A DNA stretch of 64,000 nt from Kudoa neothunni (taxonomy: Eukaryota; Animalia; Cnidaria): NCBI GenBank assembly GCA_964304625.1, contig OZ199839.1:6352690-6416689 (forward strand). The letters run 5' to 3'. This document shows, in pieces, positions 53,448-64,000 of this stretch. Position numbers and translations under genes: made by a program. Below the pieces are notes generated by a model that searched no databases, was not told where the DNA came from, and saw only the letters and a program-made list of their open reading frames with translations. Each line of letters starts with the position of its first letter. Position 1 is the stretch's first letter.

Positions 53448-56400
53448 TACATGAAAAAGTCATGTGTCTTGGATATAGTTAGTTGTTTCGAACAGAGTAT
53501 TTATTATAGAGTTATTTGAATTGTTAACAGTTAATGATTACGATTTCAGACGCCTGTTTTAAAATACTATGAAAAAATCCGTTATTTCTAACTATTTCTC
53601 TGTTAGCATTATAGCTTGTTTCTTAACTCATATAGTGTTATAATCAATATGGTTATATCAGTCATATTAAGGTTGGAAAAATGAATCTGACGTGATACTG
53701 TAACCTTTTTTTGCAATCAAGATTTAACTTTATTTTATGTGAGAACGGCTGATGGTACTAGGAGTAGTGTGCTAGATGAATTTGTTTAATGAAAAAAATA
53801 TTGTGGTGTAATCTGTTGTTTAAAATCTTCTCAAATAAATCTAATACACAAAGATTTGTATATAGCATCGTAATCTCGGGGTTTCCTCTTAATGGTAGAT
53901 CGTTTAATTTTATTCTTCAAAAATTCGGACTATCTCTATACTACAACATTTTAATCTATTAAAATATCTTTTGCATATTTTTCATTATTTCTCGATAAAT
54001 GATAACTATATAGGAATACAAAGTGAATATCAAATACTTTAGGAAGGATTTAAGTAATGGGTTTCGAAAATTTTAATCAATAGTTATTATACTTTTCAAA
54101 TAAATAGTAAAATAATTAAACAGCATTTTATAATGAGCCAAAATAGTAACAGAATTGAAAATTAATCAAGAAAAAGGTATATAAATGTGTTGTTTTTAAT
54201 ATGATACTTAAACATATTTTGGCTATAGATTTATCCATTTGAAAATTAAAATCTTTAAAATTTCTGTTATCTATTACGAGGCAAAGTTGGGATTTTGCAC
54301 TAGTATGTTAATAATTTGTGATTATTACACAATATACTTTCGAGACTAATTTGTACTATGGGATTGTAGATGGTTAATCTGAAACATGTAACTTTGCTAA
54401 ACTCATGTTTATTTTGAAAAAAAGATATTTAAAATAGATTACTAAAGTTACAATTGAACTTTTAAAAACTTATGGATATAAATCTCGGTGATATTACGAT
54501 TTATTTTAGTTTAATAAAACTTTCTCTTATATCAACTAAAAAGATGTTTATACTTTAAGTTAAATATAATAAATTCACTGGAAATAATTGAATTGTTTAA
54601 GTAATTAATAATTAGAAATTAAATAACGAAGATCGTGATAAATGACATTTTCCGAAAGCAATCTAAGAAGCGAACGTAATTATAATATTAATATAAACTT
54701 ATTAAACAAAATTCTACAAGTTTGCTTACCTAAATATTCCATAGTTAAATAAACTAAATTAAGCATATTATTGAAGCGTAATATTAGTCAAAGTTATATA
54801 CAGTCGGATCCTGCTTTAAAACAAACAATTATAATCTTATTAGCTTAGGCCTTTAATACGCTTTAGTAAATGAAAATTTATAATATCTTACTCTTTAAAA
54901 TAACCGCAGCACGATATCGACTCATATACGAATAAACCATAATTATTTGATTGCTGTAAAATTTTAATTATTTCAAAAATCCATCTACAAAATGGTATCT
55001 CATAGTTTTAAATTCCATTTCCCTAGAAAACAAAAACAAAGACAGATATATAAATTGTTATACGATGGATAAGCTGAATAAAAATATTTTAGGTGTGATT
55101 GTTCTTTTTCATAGTTTAAAATGGAACAACCGATTGAGTAACATTGATTATTTGTACGTCAGTTTTAATACCTGATATTTAATCTAATAATTTAAGATAC
55201 TATTCATTAATTTATTGGATTTACTTTTATTTTTGCGATGATAAATTTTTAAAGCTCATTATACAATGCGATAAATTTTAGAATCATTTACTAGCTTAGA
55301 AATCAAACGTATTCTAATGACCCAAATATTTCTTAACAGTTGAATTAATGGATCAGCGTCGATATTTAAATAATCATTAATTATCAAATAATTAAAGTAA
55401 TTTAACAATGATTGAGTATATTTAAAATTATCAAATCATAGATGTCTCATTTATTTATAATTCTTAGTTAATTTTCCATCTCTAAAAAATAATCATCTGA
55501 CTATTATCTTTTTAAAATATATTTTCATTCAATACAATATTAAATAATAATTTAATTATTTTAACGAGCCAAAAATAAATATCTACCTAAAATTATCAAT
55601 AAAATCTGTGATATCCACTTAGAAATCAAATATATATAAACTTGTTTCCGATTCTTTAAAAATTTTATATTACTTTTCAAAGAGAAAAACTCATTTACAG
55701 ATACATAAGTGTTTCATATTATCTGAAAAATCCTCACATCGATAATAAAAGCACATTCATTATACATATTCTGAAATACAGGAAAGACTCTTATCTATTA
55801 ATAAATTAATCTCTCTTTTACATCGTTTGTCTCGTATATAATCATAATCTAGGTAGTAATTCGTTTGATATGTTTGAAAAGAACAAATTCACTGTCAGAA
55901 AATTAGAACTTAATTTAAACTTCGTAAGATAAACAATTTAATTCATTTTAAAAATAAAATTGTAGCCAATATTTTATGGCTGTTATGATTTAATACAATA
56001 TGGAAGTACTTCCTTTATGGCTCCTCACAACATAAACAGCATTTTACTTCAAAACAATAGATTCTCAGTACACCCATCGAATATATTTAATCCAATAGTT
56101 ATAAATATATCTTATTATTAGTAAAAAATTTAATTATTAAAGTGTAATTAGTTTGACCCCGGTGGTTACACAAAATATCCCATTTAGTCGTTGCAACGTC
56201 ATCCGACGAAAGAATAAACCATCAACAGGTACCTCATTGAAGAGTGATAAAAACATAAATCTACAATTCAATATGATTTATAACAATAAAATAAATAATT
56301 GTTAATTATACATTTTAATAATATTATTAAGAATTAAACGAATTAATGCCGAGAAAACTTGATAATATTTTTACTTTTATCACATTAAAAATGTCGACGA

Positions 56401-56594
56401 AACAAAAAAAAATTCAAAGATGAACTCTAAATAATTAATAATGAATATCAAAACACTATCTTTGTTTTATAAATAATAACACCGAGAAATCAATTAAACA
56501 AAGATTCAATAAGCGACGTATAACGTCGTAATAATAATAAGTAGAATTAGGAATCACGTTCAATTGCTTTAGTTGGGTTGAAAATACCTTATAA

Positions 56595-59500
56595 ATGAAA
56601 AGTTTGGCCCATTTAGCGTTGGAAACTTTTTTCAAGGCAGCAATAAATGAATCTAGCTTGAAAGGGAAAAAGTTTTCCCCATTGTTAGCCTCATATAATA
56701 ATGCCTATGGTACATGTTTTAAAATATGATTATATGGGAACTCTTGACGATAAAATATTATCTAACACTCTTGTTTTAGATATAATAAGAGGATGGAATC
56801 CAGAAAATTTAAAGTGGATCTTTGTTTGTCAAAATGATATCATATCGTTATAATATTGTTATTTTTAGAGATATTAACTCTTACACCGGGACCAGCATGA
56901 AAACAGTTATGGAAAGTTTAATGTTGGTTTTTAAGTTTTCACTTCCTGCTCAATTGTGTGAGTTATTTCTGAAGAATATTCATGTGAGTTGTTGAATTTT
57001 CACGTTGATACTCAGAATCAATTAATATTATTTGTTTTATAAAGGTATTGATAGCTGGCAATTTTTTTGCTGACGGGACATTTCAACTGTCATGTCCTGT
57101 GACTTCTGACCCCACTAATATAAAGGAATTATTGGTAAGAATTCCTGAGATATACATCACCAAATCAATCAGTCACTTGAACCATTATTTGGAGCTGGTG
57201 AAAGTACCTCATTTATATAAAGCTAGTCACAATCTAACAAAATGTAGATCATTCAAGCATTGATAGAAAATGACAATTTAAATATTCATGATAGAGGATT
57301 TTTAACACTTTTCTCCAACATGTTTACTATTCTGAGGCATTACGCTCTCAAACACAATCCCAACGAATCTATAGCCAATGCTGCGATACTTCAGATTATT
57401 GGAGTGTTGATGCATAGAGTAGAGGGCAAAAAGTATCGGTTTGTGGGTGACTCAGCGAGTATAAATGACGATTCAGATGGTGAAATAAGCTCACTAGACG
57501 TGGTAATTAATAGATTTAAATTTAACGGCTTAATCTTTTTTAAGAAATCTCTCAAAATAGGAAAAAATGGCGAGACAACCAAACAACACCCTAATACACA
57601 AACTAACGCAGATTTTATTCTCAACGACGACAAATTTGAAATGAACAAAATATCACCAAAATACGAATCAACATTGCATGCCTATCATGAAGAATTTCAA
57701 CATAAGAATGCAACTATTCAAGATGCGAGCCGAAACAACGATAACAGTGAAAGTACCACAAATGACAATGGAGAAACTGAGGTGGACTCTAACATTCAAA
57801 AAGCTTCCACTTCGAACTCCAACCAATCAGTTACTCTTTCTCAACAGGAAATCGAAAAAATTGTTTTCGAAGATGTCTACACCAAAGATGCCTACAATTT
57901 GTTGATATTGTTGGACAGAACTGTGGTTGGTTATTACGGTGATGTCAGTAAAGGAATATACAACACGTAAGTAGTTATTTTTAGTTAAACTCTCCATTAT
58001 AAAAGAAACATTGATTTTAGATCTCAATCCTTCCGTATGCTTTTAGCATCGCTTAGTTATGTTCGACATTTGATCAATTTGTGTGGACCCAAATGTTCCA
58101 ACCACAATCTCTTTGTACAATATATCAATGAGGAAATTTATCTGTTGTTGATGAAAATTATTTCATTAACACATTCGAATGTGTTTGCGGTATGTTTGGG
58201 CATATTTTCGTCAATTATCACCAAATTCCGAAAATACGTCAAACACCAAATTGAAATCTATTTCAACAATGTTGTTATTTCGTTGATTCGAAGCAATACA
58301 ATGCTTATCAACAAGGCTCTCATTTTGGAATCATTGATCGAACTTTTGAAGAATATGGATATTATTGCTTATTTGTATGTGAATTTTGACTGTGATAAAC
58401 GCTGCTACAATGTTTTTGAATTACTGGTCGACGCACTATCGAAACAAGCGAAACAAATTGATGACGATATCAAGCCTCGAGAAATCCATGTGAAATGTTG
58501 TAGTATGGCTTTAGAAAGTTTGGTGGTCATATTTTGGCAGTTGAATCTTTCTTCTGAAAAATATTGGAAGATTCATCGACACTCACCTGCAGTGTTAAGT
58601 ATTTTTCGTACTTGTACATTTAACTTTCCGAGCGTTTCGGGGGTCAAATCTCAAATTAACCCCAGAGTCTATTGTATTACGAGAATTTAACAATAGTAAT
58701 TAATATGGGGTGTATTCTCCAAAAAATATAATATAATTATTTAATAAAAATTTGAAAAAGTAGATTAAAAAACGATGCACAAAAAAATAAATACTTGGTG
58801 CTTTGGGGGTCAATTTGACCTCAATGATTTTATTGCCCTAAATGATAACAGAATATTTAAAGAAATGAATAATTGAGTTTGATAGAATTCTGCTCGAAGA
58901 ATACCAAGAAAACATGTACACGAGATCATACGCGATGACAATGATACATCCGTTTTACCGCACCATTCGCACGAATTTACCTGGAACATACGAACAAAGT
59001 CCAAGCAAGATTTGTATGAGATTTTTCTCACTGACAATGAAAATTAAAACGATTTTAACGAAATATTTAATGCCACTTATTTTAATTATCGAAAATCGAG
59101 TTCTGGTGGTTCTGACGATAAAGATGAGGATTTGAATGTGTTTGCGAGAAGACTACATGTATATCACAAAAATTGTATACAAAGGGCGATATAAAAAATT
59201 CGTATTGTTTTCATACGATGCTAGCTGGATTCTAGTGGTTAAGTGACTATCTTTACGTTTTCCCTGTCTCTAAGGGAATTACGTAAAAGTGTATGTGTGG
59301 TTACCAACTGTAGGAAATTAATTTGTTACAAATGGATTTAATTTATCAATATTTTTAATAAAAATAATTTTTAAACCATTTCTATACTCCAAGAATTGAT
59401 TTTTTTCATTAATTCGTTACAATAAATTCCAAGTCAACGAAGGCACCGGTTGCATCAACAAATTCGAACTAATTTTATACATGCAGTTTAATTAAATCTT

Positions 59501-62500
59501 GGTGAAAATACTACAGAAATTTGTCTATAAATTAATATTTAATTTTACATACGATTGCATAAATATTTATTTCATCGTTAAATGCAATAAAAGTCTGAGC
59601 TAAATTGGAACCCATAGGCACCAAGAGTAAGTATAGTCGATTTTGAGACACTCGGAAAGTTAAGTTTGATAACAGATAATTCTCGATTAGGCGACATTCC
59701 CAAACCAAATGATGATCATAATGATCCTAAGGCTATTTTCACAACTATCAACTCTTACTCAAGACTCAAATCAAGCGCGTCCGAATCTTTCCTACTGGCC
59801 AAAGAAAAGAAGAGTATACTGGATAATGGAATCGATTTATTCAATGAAAGTCCAATGCGCGGATTGAGATTTCTGAAATCTAGTGGTATCGTTGGCGACA
59901 GTCCTACTGATGTTGCCAAATTCCTCCTCGAAACCAACAAACTATCTCGTGTTCAAATCGGAAACTATCTAGGTGAAGCCGACGAGTATGCTACTTAGTT
60001 TTGTTGGGGTTACTCCACCCTAACCTCATATTATTTCATATTAATTCATTTTATTTAGTGATGCTCTACAAACAATGTACGCCTATGTTGATCTATTTGA
60101 TTTCAAAGAGAAGAATCTATTGGATTGTTTACGCATTCTACTGTCGAATTTTTGGCTCCCTGGTGAGGCACAAAAGATCGACAGGATCATGGAAAAGTTC
60201 GCTGGTCATTATTTTATTCAAAACCCTAAGTACCTACTCCATTTTGACAATGACGTATTAAATTATGTGACTGTTGGATAGCTGGATTTGAAATATTTTC
60301 ATATAACCAACTATACACTATTGGTTAACCTTAATAAACCTCATTATAATGAAAATTTATTTATTAACTCCACACATAGAACCTAATATATATTATTATA
60401 TTAAATAATCATTTCACATATTAAATAAAGATTTGAACATAATAATTATGATATTTATATATTTGATAAAAAATATAAACCAATATTAAGTGTATTAAGA
60501 AAAGACACCAATAGTTACTAGTCACTGCTAATTTTAAATCTATTATATTATTTGTGGTTTTTTATTAGCCAAAAACAATTCACATCCGCTGATGTTGCCT
60601 ATATTTTGTCTTATTCGATTATTATGCTAACTACCGATCTACACAACCCACACATTAAAAGCAAAATTACCCTTGACCAATATATCAGCATGAATTCCAG
60701 AGTTAACAACGGAGAAGATCTCACCCCAGAATTCCTTACTGATATCTACAATTCTATTAAAGAGAAACCAATCGATTTGAAAGCTTCGTTCGATAAAAGT
60801 AATCCTTAAGAATTGACCTAAATTAAAATTTGATATGAAAAAATGCGTAGAAGCTAGAAATGATTTCAAAATGTCTACCATCTCAGAAACTACCATCAAA
60901 CAATTGGAGGAATCGATTAATCGCTCCGATGAATCATATTCAATCGTTGATATACCTCATGAAGCTATTGTTGGGACTATTTTTCAGGTTGGTTTCTATT
61001 GGTAGGAGTGGAGTCTAAATTAAGTGGAATTTACTATTTAGTGCATATGGAAACAATGCTTGGTGAGTTTCTCGGTTGCCATAAACAAAATTACCGATAC
61101 CCATCTACTCTATGTACCAATATCTGGGGTTAGAATTGCTATACGTGTTTCGGCTCTATTAGGCGATAACGTAGTTACCTTAATGAATATTGGTGGATTG
61201 TAATTGTGAGTGAATTTAGCTGGCGCTAGATGCTTACCTTAAATCTCTGATCAATTTCACCAACCTCTCAACCGGTTCCATCCTTACAGAGATGAAAAAC
61301 AAACATATCGATGCTATAAGAGCTGTTCTCACTGTAGCAAACGAAGACGGCAATTACATCAATGATAACTGGTTCGACGTATTTTTAAATATGCTCAGTC
61401 TGATATTCTATTATTCTGACCTAATATGAATAGATTCTTACTGTGATTTCCAACCTTGAACTCGTTCAAAATTTGGCCAACAACTCCAACAGCTACACCA
61501 TTCAAGATAAGGACAATATTAGACAGATAACACAAGCTAGGAACCCTGTTATGTCTCTCAATCAAGGCATCACATTGAAATCCCTTTCTTCGACTATCAG
61601 TTCCTACGTTGGTGATTCAAGTAATTTTTACTTTTTCAATTAATTTTAATTATGTTGCTCTAATTATTAAGTACAAATGGGGCATATAAAAGAGTAGAAT
61701 AATTGTTAATGTAATGTGGTACAATTTTATTAATTTTTTCTATTTTTATTAGATTATTAATGATTTAAAATCAATCTGTATATTTGGTTTTTGTTAAATA
61801 AGTTAATTTGCTGCTTTAATTATTAATCATCTGAAGGGTGGCAATGCAAATGAGCAATTTATTTTTTTGTTAGAGACTTTTTGGTTAGTTAGTTTCAATT
61901 TTTTTTATTAATTGGTCTACGGCATGTATAAAATTAACTTTTTAATCTAATTCTATATTACATAGATAAATTAAACAATAAAAATTAATATGGTTTTAAA
62001 GAATAAAAAGTTAAAATTTTTGATGTTTATTTTTATTCATGAACTTTTTATAACTTTATTCCAATTTAATTACCATTAAAATATATTCACATTTAAAATA
62101 CTTAGATTATACCGCTTGTGTAAAAAACTGATTTTTTTGTAATAAGAAATATTTTGTATTAATATTAATTTTTGGATTTAAATTTTATATTTATATATTG
62201 GAAATAATTGATGAATGATTTTAAATTCAATAATTGGGAGACATACGTAAGTTTTTAGAATAAAATATTTAAATTAATACTTTCAATCATTATAATATAC
62301 GACGCTTATTTCGCAATAATGCAGTTTGTTTTTAACGAGTAAGTTTTTAGTTTCTTGTAGAATTAATTTTATTTCATGTTACTCATGATTCTAAAAAAAT
62401 TTAAAATTGAAATAAAATATATTTTATTTTGTAAAGGTTAGACCTATTTATCACAAAAAATTACGATGTCGGCACACATAATAAACATCAAAAACTGTAG

Positions 62501-64000
62501 CTACTAATTATTGTATATTTTTTCTATAGTTCAATTGTAATAAATTTGAATTTTGTATTAAAGATATATTTTTTCTTTTTAGTTAGAATAAATTTATTTA
62601 ATAATTATAATTATTGAAGAATTTACAACTTTACTTATCTAACAAAATAAATGACTAAACAATTTTTATATTTTAAAAAATTACAAATATATATTTAGCC
62701 AACTGCACGTTCGTATCCGACAGTATTCATGAAACTATTTCTCAAAGCATCCTGATTTCTGTGGATAAGATATTTTCAAACACTAAAAATTTGGACGATG
62801 GATCCATAGGTATGAGATAGATCCTACTAAATAATACTACTAATAATAATAATAATAACGTGAATGAATAATTTATATAGTTATATTTGTGAAAAATCTG
62901 TGCCGAGTATCTCTTGACGAGATCAACGAGCCCAACAACTCAAGAACATACATGCTAAATAAGATTGTTGAGATAGCTCATTACAACATGGATCGTATAA
63001 GAATATCGTGGAGTAAAATATGGCGAATATTGCGAAAATATTTCAACTTGGTGGGATGTATCAAAAATGAGGATATAGCTTCGTTTTGTATTGTTTCTTT
63101 GAGACAGTTGGCTTTAAAGTTTTTGGAGAAAGAGGAGTTGGAGAATTTTCACTTCCAGAAGGAGTTTTTGAAGCCATTTGAGGATATTTTCTCAAGGAAC
63201 AGCTCAAAAACAATCAAAGAATTGATACTCAAGTCAGTAGAACAGATTATCAAGGTTCAATTTCATAGGATAAGATCTGGATGGACAAGGTTGTTGAGTG
63301 TTTTGGCTCAGGCAGCTCAAGAACCAGATATTGAAATAGTGCGGAAAGCGTTCTCTATCGTTTGTGAAATCATTAAAAATGTGAGCGATTTGGTCAATGT
63401 TAACATCAGAGACACAATAGTTTGCACTTTGGTGGTATTTGCTACACCCACCACTCCACCTACAAACAAGTATCTACTACCTCAAAGGACTGAGAGTCTT
63501 GAGGATCAGGTAGAAAATGGTAGCTATGTTGATTCACCTGAATTAAAAAAACCCTGCGATCCCCAAACATCCTTGAGCGAAAGGTTCAAGTTTAACAACA
63601 ACGAATTTGAGGAAGTATTAAAATTGCCAAACGAACTAATATGTGCTGGGGAAAATGAACCAACTCAACACGATAAAATCAAACTGGCTTTCGCCAACGC
63701 ATCATCCTTTGAAGCCCAGATACAGCCAATAAAAGGAGCATTCAAATGCGATTCTCCCCTCTCATCTATAGTACGAGCTAGCTTTTCTAGAAATCATTCG
63801 ATTGACAATCCATCGTCACTGCTAAAGCAATATTCTTCTGATTCGACTGTGTGCAGTAGACGGACGTCTGTGGTAGAAATGTCAAATATTACAGGGGTCA
63901 CTGAAGATTATTTTTATATACAACGTGAAAAAATTGCTCATGAAGTGTTTGTTATGGTAAAACTTTATGTCCATCAGGTGTTGGTAAAGATGTCAGATTT
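56595..64000 (+). CDS. ARFGEF1/2: Brefeldin A-inhibited ARF GEF (BIG1/BIG2 type), 3'-truncated; start codon inferred
   Basis: HUS box YVNFDCD; Sec7 GIDLFNESP...[18 protein letters not shown]...[17 protein letters not shown]; [24 protein letters not shown]...[21 protein letters not shown]. Confidence 0.92.
58624..59659. mobile_element. piggyBac-derived element (family B) inserted in an ARFGEF intron
   Basis: TTAA|ctttccgag ... ctcggaaag|TTAA (9-bp perfect terminal IR, TTAA on both sides) within intron 58599-59675. Confidence 0.85.

Overview
AT-rich eukaryotic nuclear DNA with very short (mostly about 35-70 nt) GT-AG introns and animal-type genes; this fits a genome-reduced metazoan such as a parasite, but that is inference and the taxon cannot be fixed from this window. 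Protein genes: a 5'-truncated type I membrane protein built from a 5-exon super-repeat of Cys-containing FN3-like modules (1-6021); a large helical multi-exon gene with N-terminal resemblance to GEMIN4 (8111-~17549); a C-terminally shortened FIBP (minus); an SRSF10-like SR protein; a WNK kinase (minus); an ABCG half-transporter (minus); WDHD1/AND-1; and a BIG1/2-type Sec7 ARF-GEF running off the 3' end. Intergenic space holds decayed DNA transposons, most with readable ends: Tc1/IS630, Merlin, mariner, five piggyBac-derived elements, a pogo-like MITE and Helitron-like remnants. The best candidates for new biology are (i) a ~330-nt, GC-enriched, strand-polarised structured RNA with an H-box/hairpin/ACA 3' end between FIBP and SRSF10 (19000-19333, minus) and (ii) the super-repeat surface protein. 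All exon models and folds were built by eye and need computational confirmation.
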